A stretch of 64,000 nucleotides of DNA from Bdellovibrionota bacterium (lineage in GTDB: Bacteria > Bdellovibrionota_C > UBA2361 > JBIKWN01). The stretch spans positions 1 to 64,000 of the forward strand of contig JBIKWN010000003.1 of assembly GCA_044356295.1 (NCBI GenBank), read 5' to 3'. The notes below the pieces were generated by a model, which was not told the origin of the DNA, did not search any database, and worked only from the letters and a program-made list of their open reading frames with translations. The position numbers and the translations under genes were made by a program. Position 1 is the stretch's first letter, and each line of letters opens with the position of its first letter. Below, piece after piece: positions 1 to 8,766 of this stretch.

Positions 1-1
1 A

Positions 2-445
2 TCGCTAAGGCTCTACGTGCAAAAATACCTATTATATGTAGAGCCACATGCAGTTGTTTACCATCGTTATTCGTATGGCAAAGGAACGTTTAAATTTTAT
101 TTAATCGAGCGAAACAGAATTAGACTCATCCTTTCATATTATTCACTAACAACTCTTTTCAAGCTTGTTCCAATGTTACTTTTTACTGAAGGTGCAATGT
201 TTGGTTATAGTCTTTTATCGGGTTGGGCGAATAAAAAAACACTTGCATGGTTCCATATCCTTACTTCCCTCCCATCTACTATAAAAAGAAGAAAGTTTAT
301 TCAAACAATTAAAAAAGTATCCGATTCCGATCTCATTAAAAATATGGATGCTTCGCTTTCGATGCCTGATCGAACCCCATTTGTCGTTACCCACTTATAT
401 AATCCTTTGTCCGAGGCTTATAAAAAATTATTATTTTCTCGTTAA
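2..445 (+). CDS. Glycosyltransferase family 2, C-terminal part (5'-truncated by window edge)
   Basis: Frame open from base 2: SLRLY..Y.EPHAVVYH..S....F...ERNR, typical of the C-terminal half of rhamnosyltransferase-like GT2 proteins. Confidence 0.75.
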   Translation, partial: SLRLYVQKYLLYVEPHAVVYHRYSYGKGTFKFYLIERNRIRLILSYYSLTTLFKLVPMLLFTEGAMFGYSLLSGWANKKTLAWFHILTSLPSTIKRRKFIQTIKKVSDSDLIKNMDASLSMPDRTPFVVTHLYNPLSEAYKKLLFSR

Positions 446-533
446 AAAGTTATTCGGTTTTTAAGCTCTACCTGCTCTCCATAGCTACTTCGTATTGTAT
501 TTGCATGTTTTTTATGGTTCGATTCATTTGCTT

Positions 534-1250
534 ATGGGCTCAGTTACCCCCCTTTACCAAAATAATCTTCGAAAAGATGTCTGGCTTGTCATCCCTGCTT
601 ACAATGAAGATCAAGTCATTTCAGATGTTCTCGATGGACTTGCTCCATTAGGTTATTCATTAGTCGTTATCGATGATGGTTCTAAGGATTCAACCTATGA
701 AAAAGCGTGTGGACATAGTGCTCACGTTTGCCGTCATGCAATTAACTTAGGGCAAGGTGCTTCGATTCAAACGGGGATATCTTATGCTTTGAAACATGGT
801 GCATCGTACATAATTACGTTTGATGCTGATGGGCAACATAGCACAAACGATATTCCAGCTTTTATTTCAGTACTAGAATCTGGAAAATTCGAAATTGCCC
901 TTGGCTCTCGATTTGTTGCCGGAGGCAAAGCTGAAAATATTCCTCCAGCAAAAAGAGCTCTGCTGTATCTTGCAACCTTATTTACCCGAGTTACCAGTGG
1001 ACTGAATATCTCAGATACACATAATGGCTTTAGAGGCTTTACAAGAAATGCAGCCATGCAGCTTCGCATCACTCAGAATCGAATGGCGCATGGTAGTCAG
1101 ATCTTAAGTGAAATCGCACGAACCGGACTTCCCTACACTGAGGTACCAGTCCATATTCACTACACTGAGTACTCAATGGCAAAAGGTCAAAAGATGAGTA
1201 ATTCATTTAATATTTTATGGGAATCCTTAACTGGAAAACTGAGACGATGA
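534..1250 (+). CDS. Glycosyltransferase family 2 (DPM1/polyprenol-phosphate glycosyltransferase-like)
   Basis: VIPAYNE, IDDGSKD, NLGQG, TFDADGQH, GSRF, DTHNGFR motifs; ATG 534 preferred over TTG 495. Confidence 0.9.
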   Translation: MGSVTPLYQNNLRKDVWLVIPAYNEDQVISDVLDGLAPLGYSLVVIDDGSKDSTYEKACGHSAHVCRHAINLGQGASIQTGISYALKHGASYIITFDADGQHSTNDIPAFISVLESGKFEIALGSRFVAGGKAENIPPAKRALLYLATLFTRVTSGLNISDTHNGFRGFTRNAAMQLRITQNRMAHGSQILSEIARTGLPYTEVPVHIHYTEYSMAKGQKMSNSFNILWESLTGKLRR

Positions 1251-1585
1251 GTTTAATTCAGATTACATTAGTTATCGGTGCGCTTTGCTCTCTTGGCTGT
1301 TATCTATTCTTTTTAAGATCCGCTCTGACCGATAGGTTAATTGCTATCGTTTTTTTTGCAGTAATAGTGTTCCTAATTCTTTTCCCGGAAAGTTCTAGTG
1401 TCCTTGCACATAAACTTGGTGTCGGCAGAGGTACAGATCTTGTTTTCTACCTTTTCGCCATTACTTCTGTATTTGTGTTTGTTCTTTTGTATAGCAAAAT
1501 TGAAAGTACAAATGAAAAACTTACTGACTTAGTAAGAATTAATGCAATTCAGAATGCTTATCATCCTAAAGAATCTGTAAAATAA
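1247..1585 (+). CDS. DUF2304-type small membrane protein
   Basis: Three hydrophobic segments and LGVGRGTDLVFY motif; ATGA overlap with the GT2 stop, a common pairing. Confidence 0.8.
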   Translation: MSLIQITLVIGALCSLGCYLFFLRSALTDRLIAIVFFAVIVFLILFPESSSVLAHKLGVGRGTDLVFYLFAITSVFVFVLLYSKIESTNEKLTDLVRINAIQNAYHPKESVK

Positions 1586-1650
1586 CGCGAAGGATACCAA
1601 GTACGCGAAGTGGATAATTTACCTTCGCGTACTTCGCGACCTTCGCGTTA
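1583..1650. repeat. REP-like nested palindrome, copy 1 (CGCGAAG units)
   Basis: TAACGCGAAGG 1583-1593 pairs with 1640-1650; AAGTACGCGAAG 1599-1610 pairs with 1623-1634; reverse complement of 1622-1651 is identical to 30043-30072. Confidence 0.85.
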
Positions 1651-1711
1651 CAATCATTTGGCCTATGTTCCACTAATTGATTTTCAACCCTAAACTTCCT
1701 TGATATTCACC

Positions 1712-1740
1712 TTGGTTTTACCCAGTAATCCTCATATAAT
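1712..1740 (+). promoter_or_regulatory. Putative sigma70 promoter, probably leaderless transcript
   Basis: TTGGTT-17-TATAAT, 6 nt before ATG 1747, no SD. Confidence 0.55.
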
Positions 1741-1746
1741 TTCCAC

Positions 1747-2016
1747 ATGAGAATCTCAGTAGAAATCAGCATGTATCCCCTAAGCGAACAATACATTGAC
1801 CCAATTCTTGGCTTCATTGAAGATCTCAACTCATGTAAAAAAAATACAACCATAATTAAAACCAATGGTATGAGTACGCAAATATTTGGCGACTATGATG
1901 ATGTTCAATCGTTGCTATCTCTAACAATGAAAAACGCAATGACTAGAAATCCAAAAGTAGTTTTTGCAACAAAGTTTTTAAATACAGATGTCTCTGAGTA
2001 TTCAAATCATGAATAA
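1747..2016 (+). CDS. YkoF/thiamine-binding-like small protein
   Basis: ISVEISMYPL...TNGMSTQIFGDYD pattern, 89 aa. Confidence 0.7.
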   Translation: MRISVEISMYPLSEQYIDPILGFIEDLNSCKKNTTIIKTNGMSTQIFGDYDDVQSLLSLTMKNAMTRNPKVVFATKFLNTDVSEYSNHE

Positions 2017-3199
2017 AACCCAACCTTTTTCCCTCTTTGACCCTTCGCCCGAGCACTACTCGCTTCGAGAAACAATAAAAAACTTTGTAACCGCAGAGGT
2101 CGAACCGCAGGCACTCGAGTTTAATAGAAAAGAGATTTTCAATACTGCACTATTTAGAAAACTTGGCGATCTTGGTTTGCTTGGAATAACCGCATCAGAC
2201 GAGCACGGAGGATCTGGATTTGATGCAACAGCATGTGTTATTGCACACGAAGAATTATCAGCAAGCGATCCTGCATTTTGCCTCTCCTTTCTTGCTCACA
2301 GCATGCTTTGCGTAAACAACATTGCAGTCAATGCAAATGAAGAGCAGAAAAAAATGTACCTTCCAAAACTTTCTTCTGGAGAATGGATCGGAGCAATGGG
2401 TATGTCTGAGACTGAAGCTGGTACCGATGTTCTTTCAATGAGGACAACTGCAACACTTCAAAATGATCACTACATCCTTAATGGTCGCAAAATGTGGATA
2501 ACCAACGGCTGTATCGATGAAGGTAAAACGTTAGGTGATGTCTTTGTTCTGTATGCAAGAACAAATCCGGTATCAGAAGCGAAAGCAAAAATCTCTACCT
2601 TTATTTTAACAAAAGACTTACCAGGCTTTAGCGTTGGGCAAAAAATCCGAGATAAACTTGGTATGCGTGCTTCAAATACAGCTGAGCTTGTTCTTGATAA
2701 TGTAGCTGTCCCTCGAACCCATTTAATTGGGGAAGAGGGAGGAAGCATAAAACATATGATGCGAAACCTCGAAATTGAGCGCGTTACACTTGCTGCTATG
2801 AGCTTAGGTATTGCAAGACGTTGCATCGAAGTCATGACCGAATATGCCAAAACAAGAAAAGCATTTGGTAAAAAAATTGCTGAATTTGGACAGATTCAAC
2901 AGATGATTGCAGATAGCTTTGCTGAGTATCAAGCTGCAAGGTCGTATGTGTATTACACAGCCGCAAATCTCAATCTTAACAAAGAAGGCAGCCGTCTTGA
3001 TTCTGACGGTGTAAAACTATTTGCAACTCCGATGGCAAAACGTGTCGCCGATAGAGCTATCCAGGTGCTTGGAGGTAATGGCTATATAGGAGAGTATGTT
3101 GTTGAAAGATTATGGCGTGATGCTAAACTTTTAGAGATCGGTGGTGGCACCATTGAAGCTCATCAAAAAAATATCTTAATGGATCTTATTAAACAGTAA
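2009..3199 (+). CDS. Acyl-CoA dehydrogenase, isovaleryl-CoA dehydrogenase-like
   Basis: GAMGMSE..AGTD, LNGRKMWITNG, KLGMRAS, R.AFG..I..F, QVLGGNGY, WRDAKLLEIGGGT; start 2009 overlaps upstream stop. Confidence 0.9.
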   Translation: MNKTQPFSLFDPSPEHYSLRETIKNFVTAEVEPQALEFNRKEIFNTALFRKLGDLGLLGITASDEHGGSGFDATACVIAHEELSASDPAFCLSFLAHSMLCVNNIAVNANEEQKKMYLPKLSSGEWIGAMGMSETEAGTDVLSMRTTATLQNDHYILNGRKMWITNGCIDEGKTLGDVFVLYARTNPVSEAKAKISTFILTKDLPGFSVGQKIRDKLGMRASNTAELVLDNVAVPRTHLIGEEGGSIKHMMRNLEIERVTLAAMSLGIARRCIEVMTEYAKTRKAFGKKIAEFGQIQQMIADSFAEYQAARSYVYYTAANLNLNKEGSRLDSDGVKLFATPMAKRVADRAIQVLGGNGYIGEYVVERLWRDAKLLEIGGGTIEAHQKNILMDLIKQ

Positions 3200-3211
3200 G
3201 TAGATTTTAAA

Positions 3212-3646
3212 ATGATTCAATTAGCTTCTTTTCCAATTGACCACATTGGTATTGCAGTAGAAAACCTTGATGCTGCAATCTCTCATCACAAAAATTTATA
3301 TGGCACTGTCTTGGTTGAGCGAGAGACTCTTATCGACAGAGGCATTGAATTAGCTTTTCTTGCAACATCAAATACTCGACTAGAATTCATCGCGCCAATT
3401 ACATTAGATGACGATCAAAATACTATTGTTAAATTTCTAAAGAAGCGAGGATCTGGACTTCACCATATCTGTTATGAAGTTCCACGTATTGAAATTGAAT
3501 TGGAACGTCTTGAAAAAAGTGGGGCGACGTTAATCGATAAAACCCCTAGAAAAGGAGCGTGTAGTTCTCGAATTGCTTTTATTATGCCTTCAAAAGTTGA
3601 CGGCTTGCTTATAGAGCTCTGCGATTACCCTAGTAAATTCAAATAG
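3212..3646 (+). CDS. mce: Methylmalonyl-CoA epimerase (VOC family)
   Basis: IDHIGIAV, FLKKRGSGLHHICYEV, GLLIEL. Confidence 0.85.
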   Translation: MIQLASFPIDHIGIAVENLDAAISHHKNLYGTVLVERETLIDRGIELAFLATSNTRLEFIAPITLDDDQNTIVKFLKKRGSGLHHICYEVPRIEIELERLEKSGATLIDKTPRKGACSSRIAFIMPSKVDGLLIELCDYPSKFK

Positions 3647-3774
3647 TTACACTCTTTTCGTTTAGAAACATGCTTAAACTTCATGTTTCATTCCACTTTT
3701 ATATAAAATATTTTTTGTTATTGGGTCTTAATACCCTATAATTAGTCCCTTAATCGAACAGAAGGCTTTTTTTA

Positions 3775-4341
3775 GTGCTTAACAAGATACTTCCAGCTTC
3801 GTTATTATTAACGCCATTTTCAGCTTATAACGCTGACCAAAATACTGCTGCACATTTTTTTCAAACTAGACCTTCAATAATCTCTAGGGAAACTGTTCAA
3901 AGAATTAGAGCTACACTCGCAGCAGAATTAAGACCTAAGAAAATTACTCTCTCTTTTACAAATAAAGAACGGGAAGCACTCATTGCCCCTGCAATTGAAG
4001 AGAAATTTGAATTAATGAAACTACCTGTAAACCTTAAGGTGTATCCTCAAGACACAGTGTATGCGCGCTTTGCACGTAACCAGAATGTTTTTCTTATTTC
4101 GGATAAGGACACTCCCTTTACGATTCCTGCCGGAAGTTTTGTCCTCATTAACGAGCAATCTATTAAATTACCTAGAGAAACATCTGTCCTTGGAGATAGA
4201 ATTATAATGAATGGGAAAGTTGTAAGGTTTGATGAAGCTCCTGGAATCGCGCCAGCTGGCTCTGTTTATTTGATGGAACATGCTAAAAGAAAGTCTTCGG
4301 CACAAGACACTAATAATATTCAAATTAGCATCGCTGCCTAA
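3775..4341 (+). CDS. Hypothetical protein
   Basis: 188-aa ORF filling the gap, GTG start, no motif recognised. Confidence 0.55.
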   Translation: MLNKILPASLLLTPFSAYNADQNTAAHFFQTRPSIISRETVQRIRATLAAELRPKKITLSFTNKEREALIAPAIEEKFELMKLPVNLKVYPQDTVYARFARNQNVFLISDKDTPFTIPAGSFVLINEQSIKLPRETSVLGDRIIMNGKVVRFDEAPGIAPAGSVYLMEHAKRKSSAQDTNNIQISIAA

Positions 4342-4871
4342 ATAAGCCCATTAAGCCTCGCTCTAAAAAAAAGAGCTGCTGACTTTGAATCTTTTAATTC
4401 ACCTTTTTTAATGAAGTTCTCAATAGCTAAAACTGAATAAGGCTCTACTTCGATCTGCTCATCTTCGTCTGCCGGCAGCCGACTTTCATATAAATTTTTT
4501 GCTACAAAAAAATGTTGCACTTCGGAGCAAAAGCCAGGAACAGGAAATGCTGTTCCAAGTGGTATCATTTCATGAGCAGCAAAACCTGTTTCTTCTTGGA
4601 GTTCTCGCTCTGCGCTCTTTAAGGGATCTTCGCCGATATTTAAAGCACCGGCGGGTAACTCAAGTAGATATTCACCAATTGAATGCCTATATTGGCGAAC
4701 AAATAACACCTGCCCATCTTGAGTAATCGGTAAAACTACAACAGCTCCTGGATGTTTTATGGTCATATGAGTAGCTTTTAGACCATTAGAGAGCGCCAAC
4801 TCCTCTTCCATTGCTGTTAGATATTTAAACGAATATGCAGATTTTGAGGCAATAAGCCTAGGTTTTGACAT
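4338..4871 (-). CDS. NUDIX hydrolase, ADP-ribose pyrophosphatase (NudF)-like
   Basis: HPGAV, RQYR, Nudix box ELPAG......SAERELQEETG, DEDEQI. Confidence 0.9.
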   Translation of the reverse strand: MSKPRLIASKSAYSFKYLTAMEEELALSNGLKATHMTIKHPGAVVVLPITQDGQVLFVRQYRHSIGEYLLELPAGALNIGEDPLKSAERELQEETGFAAHEMIPLGTAFPVPGFCSEVQHFFVAKNLYESRLPADEDEQIEVEPYSVLAIENFIKKGELKDSKSAALFFRARLNGLI

Positions 4872-4880
4872 CACTCTATT

Positions 4881-4910
4881 TTGGCTTTTTCTTCATTGAC
4901 TTACTATAAT
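4881..4910 (+). promoter_or_regulatory. Putative sigma70 promoter of secA, probably leaderless
   Basis: TTGGCT-18-TATAAT, 7 nt before ATG 4918, no SD. Confidence 0.55.
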
Positions 4911-4917
4911 CATTCTC

Positions 4918-7524
4918 ATGTTTGGCTACATTGCAAAGAAGATTTTCGGCACCCGTAACGACCGCGTTATCCGCGGAATTAACCCCCTTATCGAACGTAT
5001 CAATGAAATCGAAGCTGAATACGAAAAACTAAGCGATGAAGCTTTAAAAAATAAAACTGTTGAATTTCGTGAACGTCTTGCAAAAGGTGAAACGTTAGAG
5101 GACCTTAAAGCTGAAAGCTTCGCAGCTGTTCGAGAAGCATCAAAAAGAGTTCTTGGAATGCGACACTTTGATGTTCAAATCGTTGGTGGCTCTATCCTTG
5201 ACTCAGGCAGAATTGCAGAGATGAAAACAGGTGAAGGTAAAACTTTAACCGCAACACTTCCAGTGTATCTTAATGCTCTACCTGGAAAAGGTGTTCATGT
5301 CGTCACTGTGAATGACTATCTAGCAAAACGAGACTCTGAATGGATGGGGCAAGTTTATAATGCTCTTGGCATGACTGTTGGTTGTATTTACTCAGGGCTC
5401 CCTGAAGCTAAAAAGAAAGAAGCTTATAACTGCGATATTACATACGGTCAAAATAACGAATTTGGTTTTGATTATTTACGAGACAACATGAAGTTTTCTC
5501 GCGATGGGCAATTTCAGCGTGGTCATTTCTTTGCAATCGTGGATGAAGTGGATTCAATCCTTATTGATGAAGCAAGAACTCCTCTTATTATTTCTGGACC
5601 TGCAGAAGATGCGACCGATAAATACTATGCAATTAATAAAATCATACCTTTCTTAATCAAAGATAAAGATTTTGAAATTGAGTTAAAATCCAAAAATCCT
5701 GCACTTACAGAAGTTGGAGTTGCGCGGTGTGAAGAATTACTAAAAATTGAAAACCTCTACGATCCAAAAAATATTGAATTACTCCATCATGTAAACCAAG
5801 CTTTAAAAGCTCATCATACTATGATGAGAGATGCTGAATACGTCGTCAAAGATGGTCAAGTAATTATCGTTGATGAATTCACTGGAAGGCTTATGGCTGG
5901 ACGCAGATGGTCAGATGGACTTCATCAAGCAGTTGAAGCAAAAGAAGGTTTAAAAATCGCTCGAGAAAACCAAACGCTCGCTTCAATTACATTTCAAAAC
6001 TATTTCAGAATGTATGAAAAACTCGCAGGTATGACTGGAACAGCTGATACTGAAGCTGTTGAGTTTAAACAGATATATAATCTCGAAGTCATTGTGATTC
6101 CTCCAAATAGAATCAATGTAAGAGATGATCAAAGCGATGTGGTATATCGAACCAGAAAAGAAAAATATGATGCTGTTGTTTTGGACATTGCAGAGATTCA
6201 TAAATCAGGACAACCGATTCTTGTTGGTACTATCAATATCGATCAGAGCGAAGCTGTTTCTAGAGAATTATCGAAACTAAATATCAAACACTCTGTCCTT
6301 AATGCTAAGCATCACGAAAAAGAAGCAGAAATTGTTGCTCAAGCAGGCAGATTTGCAGCCGTTACAATTTCAACGAATATGGCAGGTCGAGGAACTGACA
6401 TTCTTTTAGGAGGAAATCCAGAATTTCTTGCTTCTGCTGAAAGTAAAACAAAAGATAAAGATAACGCAAAATATCTTGAATCCGTAGAAAAATATAAACA
6501 GATCTGCTCAGATGAAAAAGAGAAAGTCATTGAAGCAGGCGGACTTTTTATTATGGGTACAGAGCGTCATGAATCACGACGAATTGACAATCAGCTCAGA
6601 GGTCGTTCAGGTCGCCAAGGTGATCCAGGAACGACTAGGTTCTACATATCGCTTGAAGATGACCTTATGAAACGATTCGGTGGAGAACGGATTCAAGCAA
6701 TCATGAGCCGCATTGGATGGGAAGAAGGTGTAGCAATTGATGGCAACATGATCAGCCGCTCTATCGAGACAGCTCAAAAACGAGTGGAAGCATACCACTT
6801 TGAATCACGAAAACACGTTACAGAATACGATGATGTAATGAACAAACAGCGCCAAGTAATTTACAACCTACGAAATAAAGTACTGAGTAACGACGGAATC
6901 AAAGACGAAGTTCGTAATATGATTCAGGATCAGATCGAGCAGATCGTTATTGCTGTCTGTGATGAAAAATCAAAGCCAATGGAATGGAATCTTGATCTTT
7001 TAATGCAACGATTCGAATTCCTATTCAATCGCCCTTTCTCATTCCCTACCGACATGCAACTTACCCGCGAAGCTATTGCTGAGCAGATGTCACAAGAAGC
7101 TTTAGCTGCTTATGATGAAAAACAAGCGGAAGTTCGTAACAAATTAGAAGCGCTTGCAAATGCTGCAGCATCAGCTGGTGCTACGCAAAATGGTGATCCG
7201 TTAACATTTGAGGTTTTTCAACAACATACAATACTTGAAACAGTCGATCATTTTTGGCTTACCCATCTTCAAGATATGGATCATCTTCGTGAAGGTATTG
7301 GTCTTCGTGGATACGGGCAAAAAAACCCACTCTATGAATACCAACGTGATGGCTTTACCCATTTTCAAACTATGCTTGAAAGTATGAGTGAAGCTGTAAT
7401 TAGAAAATTATTCTTTATTGAAGTAGCGAGCCCTGAAGAAGTAAGAGCGCAACTTGAAGAAGAAAAGAAACGTCGTCTAAAGCAAGAACAAGCAATGAAG
7501 ACTTCTCATCCAGATGCGCAGTAA
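4918..7524 (+). CDS. secA: Preprotein translocase ATPase SecA
   Basis: MKTGEGKT, DEVDSILIDEARTPLIISG, TNMAGRGTDI, HESRRIDNQLRGRSGRQGD. Confidence 0.99.
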   Translation: MFGYIAKKIFGTRNDRVIRGINPLIERINEIEAEYEKLSDEALKNKTVEFRERLAKGETLEDLKAESFAAVREASKRVLGMRHFDVQIVGGSILDSGRIAEMKTGEGKTLTATLPVYLNALPGKGVHVVTVNDYLAKRDSEWMGQVYNALGMTVGCIYSGLPEAKKKEAYNCDITYGQNNEFGFDYLRDNMKFSRDGQFQRGHFFAIVDEVDSILIDEARTPLIISGPAEDATDKYYAINKIIPFLIKDKDFEIELKSKNPALTEVGVARCEELLKIENLYDPKNIELLHHVNQALKAHHTMMRDAEYVVKDGQVIIVDEFTGRLMAGRRWSDGLHQAVEAKEGLKIARENQTLASITFQNYFRMYEKLAGMTGTADTEAVEFKQIYNLEVIVIPPNRINVRDDQSDVVYRTRKEKYDAVVLDIAEIHKSGQPILVGTINIDQSEAVSRELSKLNIKHSVLNAKHHEKEAEIVAQAGRFAAVTISTNMAGRGTDILLGGNPEFLASAESKTKDKDNAKYLESVEKYKQICSDEKEKVIEAGGLFIMGTERHESRRIDNQLRGRSGRQGDPGTTRFYISLEDDLMKRFGGERIQAIMSRIGWEEGVAIDGNMISRSIETAQKRVEAYHFESRKHVTEYDDVMNKQRQVIYNLRNKVLSNDGIKDEVRNMIQDQIEQIVIAVCDEKSKPMEWNLDLLMQRFEFLFNRPFSFPTDMQLTREAIAEQMSQEALAAYDEKQAEVRNKLEALANAAASAGATQNGDPLTFEVFQQHTILETVDHFWLTHLQDMDHLREGIGLRGYGQKNPLYEYQRDGFTHFQTMLESMSEAVIRKLFFIEVASPEEVRAQLEEEKKRRLKQEQAMKTSHPDAQ

Positions 7525-7533
7525 GAGCATGGT

Positions 7534-8703
7534 GTGAGTAAGCCATTTTCAATATACATTCATATTCCTTTTTGTATTCAAAAATGTCCTTACTGTGACT
7601 TTAATACCTATGCTGTATCGAAAGCACCCGAGAAAGAATATGTCTCAGGTCTTTTGGCTGAACTAGATTTCCGAGCAAGCCTGCCTGAATGGAAAGGTAG
7701 AACCGTACAAACTATTTTTTTTGGCGGAGGTACTCCTAGTATCTTCTCTGGCAAAGCCATTAAAAATATTCTGTCTCATATTACAAGACTCTTTCCAATG
7801 CTTGACTATGTAGAAGTAAGCCTTGAAGCAAATCCTGGAACAGTTGCAACTGATAATCTATCTGAGTTTTACGACGCTGGAGTTAACCGATTAAGCTTTG
7901 GAGCTCAATCATTTAATACTGCAACGTTAAAAACACTCGGACGGACTCACTCACCCGATCAGATTATTGCTGCTGTTGAGTCCTCAAGAGCATCCCTCTT
8001 TTCTAATATTAGTATCGATTTGATTTTCGCAGTCCCTGGACAAACAATCCATGATGTTAGATTTGACTGTGAGCAAGCGCTCCTACTTGACGTTCCTCAT
8101 GTTTCCACTTATTCACTGACTATTGAGAAAGGAACCCCTTTTTACCAAAGTTATAAGCGAGGCATATTTAAGCCAATAAGTGATGACCTCTCACTCGAGA
8201 TGATGGATACGATTCAAGAAATTCTTTTTCAAAGGGGTCAAGGACTTGAACGGTACGAAATCAGCAACTACGCAAAACCAGGAAAAGAAGCACGCCATAA
8301 TATGGCTTATTGGAACGGGGATGATTACTTAGGAGTCGGCGCAGGAGCTCACAGCTTCTGTAAAGACAGGCGCTGGTCTAACATTGCACTTCCACAAAGC
8401 TACGTTGAAAAAGCGACATCTCAGGGAACCGCTGAATCATGGGAAGAAAAACTAACCGTCAGGGATCAGATATTTGAGTACTTTTTCCTTGGATTAAGAA
8501 AAATTCATGGGGTCAGTATGTCTGAATTTGAACGTCGATTTCAGACTAAGTGGGACCCGCTTTTTGGTGATCTGATTGATATTTTATCTACTGAAAAACT
8601 GATTATCCAAGATGCTGACTGCATTAGATTAAGCCAGCGAGGTCTAGAAATTGCTGATTCAGTTATTGAGAATTTTTCAAAGCTAGATCTTTCTGCTCTT
8701 TAA
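7534..8703 (+). CDS. hemW: Radical SAM family heme chaperone HemW
   Basis: YIHIPFCIQKCPYCDFN, GGGTPS, EANP, YEISNYA, HNMAYW. Confidence 0.93.
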   Translation: MSKPFSIYIHIPFCIQKCPYCDFNTYAVSKAPEKEYVSGLLAELDFRASLPEWKGRTVQTIFFGGGTPSIFSGKAIKNILSHITRLFPMLDYVEVSLEANPGTVATDNLSEFYDAGVNRLSFGAQSFNTATLKTLGRTHSPDQIIAAVESSRASLFSNISIDLIFAVPGQTIHDVRFDCEQALLLDVPHVSTYSLTIEKGTPFYQSYKRGIFKPISDDLSLEMMDTIQEILFQRGQGLERYEISNYAKPGKEARHNMAYWNGDDYLGVGAGAHSFCKDRRWSNIALPQSYVEKATSQGTAESWEEKLTVRDQIFEYFFLGLRKIHGVSMSEFERRFQTKWDPLFGDLIDILSTEKLIIQDADCIRLSQRGLEIADSVIENFSKLDLSAL

Positions 8704-8766
8704 AACAAAAAAACTTTGATTGCTCTTAAAGCGTACTTTCAGTTATAAAGATAAAAGATTTCTTTT

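Noticed and set aside
1583..1650. CRISPR array at the CGCGAAG repeats (also 30039-30109)
   Set aside because: Units are 7-9 nt and inverted, with no spacers and no cas genes
7534..8703. Radical SAM gene as a tailoring enzyme of the downstream operon
   Set aside because: Has HemW hallmarks (HNMAYW, YEISNYA), sits 9 bp after secA and is separated from the operon by a 63-bp AT-rich gap
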